From: Candidatus Saccharimonadota bacterium
GTDB taxonomy: Bacteria; Bacillota_I; Bacilli_A; Mycoplasmatales; Hepatoplasmataceae
Direction: 5' to 3'
Length of the DNA: 32,000 bases
Assembly (NCBI GenBank): GCA_027925225.1
Contig: AP027131.1
Coordinates: forward strand, 480,001-512,000
The notes beneath the pieces are model-generated. The model was not told where the DNA came from. It saw nothing but the letters and a program-made list of their open reading frames with translations, and searched no databases. Each line of letters opens with the position of its first letter. The first letter of the stretch is position 1. This document shows, piece by piece, positions 11,845 through 21,705 of this stretch. Both the position numbers and the translations under genes were made by a program.

Positions 11845-13210
11845 ATTCCATAATTGCAGTCTTGATAATTTCACTCACTGTAGGATGAGCAAAAACAAGT
11901 TCTTTTAATTGTTTCGGATGATATCTTTTACCAACAAGAATTGATCCAACAATAATAATTTCAGAAGCATAATTACCAAGAAGAGATAAGCCAAGAATTT
12001 CTCTTGTCTCTTTTCTTAAAATGACTTTTAGCATACCATCAAAATTATCATTTTCAATAACAAATCTTCCAGAATAAAGCATTGGTATTTTTTTAATTTC
12101 TACTTCAATACCCATTTTTTTTGCTAAATTTTCATTTATTCCAATTTCAGAAACTTCTGGTGTGCAATAAATTACAGAAGGAATTTGATTGTAATTAATT
12201 TTATCATTGTATCCTAAAATATTTTCTAATACAACTTCCCCTTCTTTATATGCAGTGTGAGCAAGCATTGATTTGCCATTTACATCTCCCACTGCATAAA
12301 GATTTGGAATATTTGTTCTCAAATTTTCATCAGTTACAATAGCACCATTTTCTACATAAACTTTTAGATTTTCTAATCCTAAATTATTTATTCTTGGTTT
12401 TCTTCCAGCAGCAATAAGAATTTTGTCAAATTCAATAATTTCTTCTCTATTTTCTTTATCAATAATTTTTACACTATTTTTATTTATTTCATTAATTTTA
12501 TAGCCAAGTAAAAATTTAATATTTTTTGTTTTTTCTAATTCTTTTTGTAATTTAAAAGAAATATCTTCATCAAAAGGTCCTGCAATTTTAGAATTAATTT
12601 CTACAATTGTTACTTTTGAACCAAAACCAGCAAAAAAAGTTCCAAGCTCCAGTCCTATAACTCCAGCCCCCATAATAACCATATTTTTTGGAATTTCAGT
12701 CATTGCTAATGCATCTGTAGAATCAATAATATTTGAATTCTCTTCTTTATTTAACCCTTTAATTGAGGGATAAAAAATTTCTGATCCAGTAGCAATAACA
12801 AGATTTTTCCCTTCGATTATTTCTCCATCATCAATCTGAATTTTAAAACTTTGTGCTTTTGAATCTTTAGTTATTTTTCCAAATCCTTTATAAATTTTTG
12901 CACCCGATTTTCTAACTTTTGCTTCTGCTGCATTTACAAGAAGAGAAATTTTTTCGTCTTTATATTTTATTAATTGTTTTTGATCAAAAGTTATTGAAGA
13001 AAGATTAATTCCAATATTTTGACTACGTTGTGCTTCTGAAAAAATTTTTTCAGCATGCAATAAAGCTTTTGATGGAATACAACCAACGGTAACACATGTT
13101 CCACCAAAACGATCTTTTTCAATAATCGCTGTTTTTATTTTCTTTTTAGATGCCTTATAAGCTAATTCATAACCTCCGGGTCCGCCCCCTAAAATAATTA
13201 AATCAAACAT
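11843..13210 (-). CDS. pdhD: Dihydrolipoamide dehydrogenase (E3)
   Basis: 455 aa. It has ILGGGPGGY (FAD), the redox-disulfide GGTCVTVGCIPSK, MGAGVIGLELG (NAD) and the C-terminal HAHPTVSE motif. Confidence 0.92.
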   Translation of the reverse strand: MFDLIILGGGPGGYELAYKASKKKIKTAIIEKDRFGGTCVTVGCIPSKALLHAEKIFSEAQRSQNIGINLSSITFDQKQLIKYKDEKISLLVNAAEAKVRKSGAKIYKGFGKITKDSKAQSFKIQIDDGEIIEGKNLVIATGSEIFYPSIKGLNKEENSNIIDSTDALAMTEIPKNMVIMGAGVIGLELGTFFAGFGSKVTIVEINSKIAGPFDEDISFKLQKELEKTKNIKFLLGYKINEINKNSVKIIDKENREEIIEFDKILIAAGRKPRINNLGLENLKVYVENGAIVTDENLRTNIPNLYAVGDVNGKSMLAHTAYKEGEVVLENILGYNDKINYNQIPSVIYCTPEVSEIGINENLAKKMGIEVEIKKIPMLYSGRFVIENDNFDGMLKVILRKETREILGLSLLGNYASEIIIVGSILVGKRYHPKQLKELVFAHPTVSEIIKTAIME

Positions 13211-13211
13211 T

Positions 13212-14480
13212 TTAAACCTCTTTTACTATTTCCTCATATAAAATATTTTCTAATTTTTTTACTAATGCTTTTAAAAACTCAGCACCTCTTGCTCCATCAA
13301 AAGGACGATGGTCCATTGTTAAAGATAATATAATTTCATTATACTGAACAATTCCATTTGCATTCATTTTTAATCTTTTTATTGGTGAACCAACCCCCAA
13401 TAATGCTGATTGAGGTGGATTTAAGATTGGTGTAAAACCTATAACTCCAGAAAGTCCAAGATTACTAATTGTAAAAGTTCCTCCAGATTGATCTTTTCCT
13501 GTTAATTTACCTTCTCTTGTTTTAAGAATTAATTCTTTACTTTTTTTTGTTAATGCATTTAATGAAATTTCAGAAGCATTTTTAATTACAGGAACAAATA
13601 ATCCTTTTGGAGTATCAACAGCAATAGAAACATGAGCAACATTATAAGCCTCATAATAATCACTACCAATTATTGAATTTACATCAGGAAACTCAACAAG
13701 TAATCTAGCTAAGACAAAAACAATTAAATCATTAATTGAAGAATTTTCAATTTTTTTATCATTTTTTACTTTATTTTTAATAATTTCTCTAACATTTAAT
13801 AATGCCGTTGCATCAAAAGGTGCCATTAATGTTAATTGTGCACCATGTTGAATAGAACCTTCCATTGATCTAGCAATTGCTTTTCTTATAGGAGTGAACG
13901 CAACACGATTAAACTCTTCTTTTTGTTTTAAAATTTTATTAGTGTTATCTAAATTTTCATCTTGATAATAATATTCTAAAACATCTTTTTCAATAATACG
14001 ATTATTTACTCCTGAAGATTTTTTAACTTTTGTTATATCAATTCCTAAATTCTTGGAAATATATTTTGCTCTTGGAGAATAATTAAAATTATTATTATTT
14101 TCACTTAAATTAGTATCAAGTTCTTTATTTGTTTCTGAAGTTACATTTTCATTAACTTCTACCTGTATTATTTTTTCTTCTATGTTTTTATTTTCATTAA
14201 TATTTTCAATTATATTTTTTTCTCATTCAGAAAGATCATCACCTTTTTTACCAATAATAATCACTGGTTGTAAAACTTTTACTTCATCTCCCGCTTCATA
14301 AAGAATTTTTAAAACTTCGCCACTATCTTCAGATTTAAAATCTGTAGTAGATTTGTCAGTTTCATATTCAAAAAGTGTATCACCTTCTTTGATGAGATCG
14401 CCTGGTTTTACTTTTATTTCACCTAGAATAATTGATTCAACAGTGTTTCCCATTTTAGGAGCTTTAATTGCTTTTGCCAT
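13212..14480 (-). CDS. pdhC: Dihydrolipoamide acetyltransferase (E2)
   Basis: Fragments 13212-13865 and 14223-14480 share a frame; the gap was checked and contains only one TGA. It has an N-terminal lipoyl domain (..LFEYETDKSTTDF..), an E3-binding segment (SPRAKYISKNLGIDITKV) and a catalytic domain with DHRPFDGA. Length is 422 aa. Confidence 0.9.
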
Positions 14481-14483
14481 ATT

Positions 14484-15440
14484 TTATTTTTCCTCTGTTG
14501 TTTCTATTTTTTGTAAAGCAGTTAGAATTACTAAATTAACAATCTCATCAACATTTGATCCTCTGCTTAAATCATTTACTGGTTTAGCAATATTTTGTAA
14601 TATTGGTCCAATTGCTAAATAATTACCTAATGTTGCAGCAATTTTATAACCAATATTCCCATTATTAAGATCAGGAAAAATAAAAACATTAGGCATTTTT
14701 TTTAAATTAAAATTTTTAGCTTTTAATTTAAAAATTTCCTCATTAAATGCAGCATCTCACTGAATTTCTCCTATTACTTGATAAGAACTATTACTTTTAA
14801 CAAATTCTGTTGCTTTTCTTATTTTTTCTATTAAGGGATGATTGCCTCCTGAGTTTAATGTCGAAAAAGAAAGCATTGCGATTACTGGTTCTATATTAAA
14901 AAGTTTTTTTACAGAGTTTGCAGTTTGAATTGCAATTTTGCCTAATTCTTCAAAATTAGGATCTGGATTTACAGAAATATCTGCAAAGAAAAGGTCTTTC
15001 TTTCCTTTTTTTGAAAGTCACATAAAAGAGGAAACAGGAGCAGTTTTATCTTTTGTTTTAAGAATCTGAAAACTTGGTCTTAAAATATCTGCTGTTGGAT
15101 GTGTCGAACCCGAAACAATGCCATCTACAAAATCACTTTTAAGTAATAAAGTTGCAAAATAATTAGGATTTTTAAAATTATTTTTTAAAGATTCTTCATT
15201 TTCTTTTTCTTTTCTTAAATCAAAATAATGATTTAAGAGTTTTTCTTTTTTATTTTTATCAAAATTTTCAATAAAATCTTTATCAATTTTTAAATATTTT
15301 AAATTAGTAAATTTTTTTTCAAGTATTTCCTTAGCTTTATTAAATCTCTCATCATTATCAGTTGAAAGAATTGTTATAGTTTTAGAATAATTTTTAAGTT
15401 TATTTTCTAGTTCAGTAAAAACTATTTTGTCATTAATCAT
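14484..15440 (-). CDS. pta: Phosphate acetyltransferase
   Basis: Fragments 14484-14696 and 15018-15440 are in the same frame, joined through TGA codons. Motifs: VDGIVSGSTHPTADILRP, MLSFST.., PDLNNGNIGYKI, SRGSNVDEIVN. Length is 318 aa. Confidence 0.9.
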
Positions 15441-15445
15441 TTTTA

Positions 15446-16645
15446 TTACTCCTCAATTTTAATTTCTTTATTTTTTAATAAATTCTTAGCAATTCTTGCC
15501 ATGTTTAATTCTTCATTTGTTTTTATAATATAAATTTTAATTTCTGATTCTTCTTTAGAAATTAAATTAACTTTTTGAATTACCTCTATTTTATCTTTTA
15601 AAATAATTTTCTTTAGAAAAAAGTTATTAAATATTTCTTTTATTAAATCATAATCATTTTCACCAATTCCTGCTGTAAAAACAATTGCTTCAACTTTTTT
15701 TGTTTCATTTAAATACATTGCAAGATAATTTTTAATTCTCTGTACAAACATTTTTCTTGCTAATATTGCTTTTTTATTATTTTGAGAAATACCTTTTAAA
15801 ATATCCCTCATGTCAGATGATTCTTCATAAATACCCAAAAGTCCAGATTTTTTAATAAAAATATTTTCAATATCTTTTGGTGAATAATTTTTTTGATTCA
15901 TTAAATAAAAGATTACAGAAGGATCTAAATCACCACTTCTTGTTCCCATCATAAGTCCACCAAGTGGAGTAAGTCCCATTGAAATGTTTTTTGATTTAGA
16001 ATTTTCAATTAAACAAACACTTGCACCATTTCCTAAATGCAAATTAATAAATGTAACATTTTCTTTTCCTAAAATTTTTTTCATTTGTTCTAAAATATAT
16101 TGATGACTTGTTCCGTGAGCACCATATCTTCTAATTTGATGTTTTTTATAAAAATCTAATGGAATTGAAAAAAGATAATTTTCTTCAGGAATTGTTGTAT
16201 GAAATGTAGTATCAAAGATAGCAGCATGTGTAATATGATTATATTTTGTAAAAAATTCTTCTAAAAGAGAAGCATTATATGGTTGGTGTAATGGAGCCAA
16301 AGGACTCAATGAAATAATTTTATTAATAGTATTTTTATCTTCAACAAGAATATTTTCTTTAAATAATTCTCCTCCCATAACAATTCGATGAGCCATTAAA
16401 TAAACATCATTAAAATCACAAATATTATTTTCACTAATAAAACTTTTTAATTTTTCTGCTAAAACTTGGTGATCAAAATTTTCTTCTTTTTTAATTAAAT
16501 TACCATTTATATTTTCGTAAGAAAAATTTGTACCCTTAATACCAATTTTATCAATCAAACCTTTTCCAAGTAATGTTAAATCTTCTGTAAAAAGCTGAAA
16601 TTTACATGATGAACTTCCAACATTTAAAATTAATATTTTTTTCAT
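15446..16645 (-). CDS. ackA: Acetate kinase
   Basis: 399 aa. Motifs: ILILNVGSSSCKF, HRIVMGG, RRYGAHGTSH, HLGNGASV, FTAGIGEN. An AAGGAAG Shine-Dalgarno (16653-16659) lies 7 nt before the ATG. Confidence 0.95.
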   Translation of the reverse strand: MKKILILNVGSSSCKFQLFTEDLTLLGKGLIDKIGIKGTNFSYENINGNLIKKEENFDHQVLAEKLKSFISENNICDFNDVYLMAHRIVMGGELFKENILVEDKNTINKIISLSPLAPLHQPYNASLLEEFFTKYNHITHAAIFDTTFHTTIPEENYLFSIPLDFYKKHQIRRYGAHGTSHQYILEQMKKILGKENVTFINLHLGNGASVCLIENSKSKNISMGLTPLGGLMMGTRSGDLDPSVIFYLMNQKNYSPKDIENIFIKKSGLLGIYEESSDMRDILKGISQNNKKAILARKMFVQRIKNYLAMYLNETKKVEAIVFTAGIGENDYDLIKEIFNNFFLKKIILKDKIEVIQKVNLISKEESEIKIYIIKTNEELNMARIAKNLLKNKEIKIEE

Positions 16646-16659
16646 GCTATATCTTCCTT

Positions 16660-16733
16660 ATTTTAATGTCTTTTGTAAAAAACTACTTATAATTTCATTA
16701 TATTTTATTTGTTTAATTTAAAAGGAATTAAAA
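16660..16733. promoter_or_regulatory. Divergent promoter region between ackA (minus) and the thiamine pyrophosphokinase gene (plus)
   Basis: There is a TATAAT on the plus strand at 16688-16693 and a TATAAT on the minus strand at 16702-16697. An AAGGAA SD precedes the plus-strand ATG at 16734. The -35 elements are not convincing. Confidence 0.35.
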
Positions 16734-17357
16734 ATGAAAAAGTGCTTAATTATCTTAAAAAATTTGCAAAATGAAGAAAGAATTAATTATCAAGATTATG
16801 ATTGTTTTATAGGAGTTGAATTAGGTGCTTCTTTTTTATTAAAAAAAAATAATTTAAAAAATAGACATTACATTTCTGATTTTGACAGTATTAATAAAAA
16901 CGATTTTTTAAAAATAAAAGAAGAAGAAAATACAATTTTTTTAAATAAAATAAGAGAGTTTGTTGATACAGAAGAAGCAATTAAATATGCACAAAGTTTA
17001 GGTTATTTTAAAGATAAAATTGTTATTTTTTTAAATGAAGATTTAGGAAGAAAAGATCATCTTTTTAATGTATTTAATTTAGCCAGAAAATATCAAGTTT
17101 TAATTTATGGAAATAAATTTAAGATTACAGCGGTTCCTGAAAATGAATACAAAGTAATAAAAAAAGATTTTTATAAATACCTTTCTATTTTTTTATTTGA
17201 AAAAACATTTATTGATACTAAAGGATTAAAATGAAATTTATCATGAAAAGAATTTAATTTAGATGAAGCAACTAATCTTATTTCAAATGAAATTATTAAA
17301 AATGAGTGTAAAATTAAAACTTCAAAATTAAGTTTAGTCGTTCAAGCAAATGATTAA
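16734..17357 (+). CDS. Thiamine pyrophosphokinase (thiamine diphosphokinase)
   Basis: Track ORF 16734-17234 continues through two TGA codons to TAA 17355-17357, giving 207 aa. It follows the TPK pattern: IGVELG, SDFDSI, VDTEEAI, LGRKDH and, in the C-terminal thiamine-binding part, GLKWNL..ISNE. Confidence 0.78.
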
Positions 17358-17359
17358 AA

Positions 17360-17385
17360 AAAACAGCATTAATTAATGCTGTTTT
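17360..17385. terminator. Bidirectional rho-independent terminator between the convergent TPK and nox genes
   Basis: Perfect 26-nt palindrome aaaacagcattaattaatgctgtttt with A-run and T-run flanks. Confidence 0.65.
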
Positions 17386-17409
17386 AATTTAATAATGTTT
17401 AAATAAATA

Positions 17410-18756
17410 TTAAACATTAAGAGCTAATTCATTTACATAGTTAAAGGGTTGATTAAATCTTGGTAAGAAGAAAAAATCAAGATATTTTAATTCATCTATT
17501 GTTGTTTTTTTAGCAATTGCTAATGAAAACATATGAATTCCCATAGAAATATCATATGTTGAAGCTAATTGAGCGCCTAAAATAAGTCTTGAATTTTCAT
17601 CATAAACTACTTTTAATCTTACAGTATGAGGTTCATTCATAAAAGAAGGTTTTTGTTCTGATTTAATAAAAGCACTTTTTACATTAAAACCTTCTCTTCT
17701 TGCTCCTTCTGTATTTAAACCAGTAGACATCATATGTAAACCATAAATAGAGATGGCATTTGAACCTTGCACACCTTCTATTTTTCCGTTTTTATTTAAA
17801 ATTGTGTTTGCTACTGCTCTTCCTGTTTTTACAGCATTTGAAGCTAAAGCAATGTAATCACTTTTATTTGTTATGCTATTATGAATTGTTGCACAATCAC
17901 CAATTGCAAAAACATCTGTAATATTTGTTTTTTGATTTTTATCAACAACAATAGCACCATTTTTAGCTAAATTTAATTTTGAATCTTTAAATAAAACAGT
18001 ATTTGGTAAAGCGCCAATTGCAAAAATAACAAAGTCTGTTGCTATTTCTTTTTCATTAGTTTTAATTGCTGTTATTTTTCCATCTTTTCCAATTAAGTCT
18101 TCAACTAATTGTCCAAGCTCAAATTTAACATCATTTTCTTTAATTTTTTCAGTCATTAAATCAACAAATTCATCATCATAATATTTATTTAAAATTTTTG
18201 GCGAAGCATCAACTAAAGTTGTTTCTTTTCCATAAATTTTAACGGCTTCAGCAAGTTCTACACCAATATATCCACCACCAACTATAGAAACCTTTTTGAT
18301 ATCTTCATTTTTTAAAAAGTTAATAATTTCTTGTGCATCATAATATGTTTTTACAGTTTTAACATTTTTTCATTCTTCAAATTTTGATGATTTAAATCTA
18401 GGCACAAATGGTTTTGAGCCAACAGAAATTACTAATTTATCATAAACAACTTCTTTATCTTCTTTGGTAGTTAAATCTTTAAAGAAAACTTTTTTCTCAT
18501 CAAAATCAACTTTCTTAATTTCATGTTTTAAATAAACCTTTGCTCCCAAAGATTCTAATTGTTCTTTTGATGAGTAAAATAAACCACTAGGGTCTTTCAC
18601 TACATCACTTATTCAAAGAGCAATACCACAACCAAGGAAAGAACAAACATCATTCCTTTCTATTGCAATAACTTCGTAATCTTTATTTTTTTCTAATATT
18701 GTACTAATTGCAATTGTTCCTGCGTGATTTACTCCTAGGAAAACTATTTTTTTCAT
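17410..18756 (-). CDS. nox: NADH oxidase (FAD-dependent pyridine nucleotide-disulfide oxidoreductase, Nox type)
   Basis: Fragments 17410-18156 and 18370-18600 share a frame with the ATG at 18754-18756. The N-terminus MKKIVFLGVNHAGT..ERNDVCSFLGCGIALW contains the Nox redox-active Cys context. GGGYIGVELAE lies in the TGA-bridged middle, and AIGDCAT is present. Length is 448 aa. Confidence 0.85.
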
Positions 18757-18835
18757 TACGGCCTTTCATATTTAATATTTATATTTATATTTTAAAATCA
18801 AAATAATTATATTTTTTAATTTTCTTTTTTATAAA

Positions 18836-20410
18836 TTATTTAATTAATTTTTTATTTTTTTCCCTAAATGATTTAATTGCAAACCTATGAACTTCATCTT
18901 GCATAAAACCCAAAAGTATATAAAGATCGTTTTTTTGATTTAATGATATTTTTTTATTTTCGATAGTAATTATTCCACTTGTATTATGTTTTTTATCCTT
19001 TATTAAACCAATTAAAGTTATTCCTTTTATATTTAATTCATCTAAAGCTTTTTTGGCATATTTTATTTGTGCTTTTCCATCCACTATAAAGAGATTAGGA
19101 GTTTTTATTTTATACATTATTTTTCTTCTAAAATGCCTATAGGTTACTTCATAAATATGTCTATAATCATCATTTTCTTCGTCTAAATTATATTTTCTAT
19201 ATTTATCTTTATCAGGAAGAAATTCATTAAAATTAACAACAACACCTATTTGATTTTTTCCTTGAAAGTGAGAAATATCTACAAGTTCAATTTCCTTTAT
19301 ATTTTTTAATTTTAATGTTTCTTTTAAATCTTTTATTGCCTTTTCTCTTCTTTCAATTTTTAATAATAATTCTTCTTTTTCGGCATTAAGTTTTATTATT
19401 GCTTGTTCTCTTGCTAAAATGAGTAAATCTTTTTTGATTCCTTTTTCAGGAATTATTACTTTTACTTTTAAAAAATTTTCAAGTTCTAAATTTTTTTCAA
19501 CAATTAATTCATTAGGTAATAAATTTTTTTGATAATAATTAACAATATGTTGTAAAAAAACTTCCTCATAATTTTCTTCAAATACTTTTAAAAGAAATTT
19601 AGAAGTGTTTATTAATTTTCCAAATCTAATATGAGAAATAGCAATAGAAATAAAGTCGTCATTATGTACATAAGTAACTATATCTCTATGTTTATTATCT
19701 TTAAAATAAGAATGTTGTTTTTCACTATAGTTTTTAAGTAATGGAATTTTGTCATAAAGTTCTTGTGCTTGCTCAAACATTTTATGATTAGAAAATTCTT
19801 CTATTTTTTCATTTACTTTTTTAATTGCATCATTTACATCACCAGTTAATAATTTTTTTACATCATTGAATATGCTATTTATTTTTTCTTTACTTACTTC
19901 TCCAAGACAATACCCAGGACAAAGACCAAGTTGATAATTTAAGCAGGGTTTTCCAGAATTTGGATTTAAACATTTTCCAATAGGATAAATTGATTCAACA
20001 AGTTTTTTTATTTTTTTTGGACCAAAACCTTCAGGAAAAGGTCCAAAATATTGTCCTAATTTTTTATTTTTTATATTTTTGGTAATTTCTAATTTTAATG
20101 TAGGTTCTTTTTTAAATAAAAGATAGGGATATGTTTTTGTTTCTTTTAGTTTTATATTATATTTTGGACTATATTTATTTATTAAATTAAGTTCTACAAG
20201 CAATGCATCAATTTCCGAAGGAACTAAAACATATTCAAAGTCACTAATATGTTTTACAAGCATTTTAGTTTTTGGATTTTGATTAAGATTAAAATATTGC
20301 TTCATTCTATTACGAAGTTTTTTAGCTTTTCCAACATAAATTATTTCTCCTGATTCATCTTTTCAAAGATAACAACCAGGTTTATTTGGAACATTAGATA
20401 AATTAATCAT
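18836..20410 (-). CDS. uvrC: Excinuclease ABC subunit C, short form (524 aa) ending right after the EVHRFAI motif
   Basis: The N-terminal GIY-YIG region ([30 protein letters not shown]) is reached through one TGA above track ORF 18836-20305. It has the UvrB-interaction region and the RNase H-like domain (..DISHFQG..VV.., DEVHRFAI). The ORF stops at TAA 18836-18838, 15 codons after HRFAI. Confidence 0.9.
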
Positions 20411-20493
20411 TAAATAGATTATATTAATTTATTAATAAAATATAATTTTAAGGAATGTAAATAGAAAATATAATTAATGTATGGAGAAATAAA
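20411..20493. promoter_or_regulatory. Divergent intergenic region between uvrC and the ParB-like gene, with candidate -10 boxes and an SD
   Basis: TATAAT lies at 20441-20446 and 20469-20474 on the plus strand. GGAGA at 20483-20487 sits 6 nt before the ATG at 20494. Confidence 0.3.
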
Positions 20494-21705
20494 ATGTACT
20501 TAAATAAAAGTCAAAAAACAGAAGAAAAAATATCAATTCCTATTGATAAAGAAAAGCATTTACTAAATGTATATAATATACACATTTTAGATTTAAAATT
20601 TAATCCTTTCAATACAAGAATTTTTGATTTAATTTCTTCAAATGAAAAATTTAGAAAAATGTCTGAAAAAGAATTAAAAGATTCATTTGATGTACAAAAA
20701 TTTATTTTTGAAGAATTAAAAAAAGATCATGAAAACAAAAAAAATAAAGAATTAAAAGAATCTATTAAAAATCATGGTGTTGTAAAACCTTTAATATCCT
20801 TAAGTGATGGATTATTGCTTTCAGGCAATAATAGATTATCTTTATTAAGAACAATGTCAAAAAAATATGAATATGTTAGAGTCGCAATTTATGAAGAAAA
20901 TTTAACAAAAAATCAAATTATTAAAAATGAACTAATGATACAAAATGAATTTGATATTAAATTAGATTATGAAAATATGTCAAAAGTAATAAGAATTCTA
21001 GATTTAAAAAAGAAAGGTATTTCTGATGATGAAATATCAAAAATGACTGGATTTGTTGTAAAACAAAATGAAAAAATAGGAGAATTGTATACTGAATTTT
21101 TATTTTATGCTGGAGTTCCAGAAAGATATGATTATTACAGAAATTTTAAAAATACATATTCAATGTTAGACTCGTTAAGTAATACTTTAGAAAAAAAAAC
21201 TGGTATTAATATTTCAAAGAAAATTAAATTAAAAATAACTTATTTTAATTTAATATTAACAACAAATTTTCCAGTTCAAAAAATTAGAGATCATATAAAT
21301 AAAATAATGACAGTAAAACCATATAAAAAACAAAATGAAATTTTTGAAAATTTTATAGAAAAAATAAATGCAGAAGTAGAAGAACCTTTAAATAAAATTA
21401 GAGAAATTAATTTTAATGATTCAGAGCATATAAAAGATTATTTAAAAAATGCCGAAACACAAAGTATAAAAGAGGAAAAAGAGGAAATTATTAAGGAAAT
21501 TATTGAAGAGAATAAAGAAGAGATAGAAATTATAAAAAATGAAAAAAAAAATACATTAGAAGATCTAAAAAATGAATTAGAAAAAAACAGCAAAAAGATA
21601 AAAAATATTCTTTCTCAAATTAAAATTAATAAATATGAAAATAATGAAGAAGTGCAAGAAATAATATTAGAAATTGGGGATTTTTTAAATAATTATGGAA
21701 AATAG
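20494..21705 (+). CDS. ParB/Srx-fold N-terminal domain plus HTH protein with a Glu/Lys-rich coiled-coil tail (403 aa)
   Basis: The architecture is ParB-like. The N-terminal domain carries ..ILDLKFNPFNTR.. and ..LKESIKNHGVVKPLISLSDGLLLSGNNRLSLL.. (cf. L-x-x-SI-x-x-x-G-x-x-x-P-x-x-V...G-x-x-R of ParB N-terminal domains; the usual GERRxRA arginine patch is degenerate). A helix-turn-helix-like segment follows (LKKKGISDDEISKMTGFVVKQNEKIGELY), then a low-complexity tail (EEKEEIIKEIIEENKEEIEIIKNEKK..). The ORF is intact under both code 11 and code 4. Confidence 0.55.
   Translation: MYLNKSQKTEEKISIPIDKEKHLLNVYNIHILDLKFNPFNTRIFDLISSNEKFRKMSEKELKDSFDVQKFIFEELKKDHENKKNKELKESIKNHGVVKPLISLSDGLLLSGNNRLSLLRTMSKKYEYVRVAIYEENLTKNQIIKNELMIQNEFDIKLDYENMSKVIRILDLKKKGISDDEISKMTGFVVKQNEKIGELYTEFLFYAGVPERYDYYRNFKNTYSMLDSLSNTLEKKTGINISKKIKLKITYFNLILTTNFPVQKIRDHINKIMTVKPYKKQNEIFENFIEKINAEVEEPLNKIREINFNDSEHIKDYLKNAETQSIKEEKEEIIKEIIEENKEEIEIIKNEKKNTLEDLKNELEKNSKKIKNILSQIKINKYENNEEVQEIILEIGDFLNNYGK

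Noticed and set aside
14353-14622. 89-aa plus-strand ORF spanning the pdhC/pta junction
   Set aside because: It is antisense to two strongly supported genes, so it is a shadow ORF. The same applies to 29214-29396 (off-frame within uvrA) and 30439-30636 (antisense to the KAP NTPase gene).
21470-21560. Repetitive gaggaaa/gaagag sequence; possible tandem repeat or CRISPR-like periodicity
   Set aside because: It is in-frame low-complexity coding sequence (EEKEEIIKEIIEENKEEIEII) in the ParB-like protein tail. There is no repeat-spacer architecture anywhere in the window.
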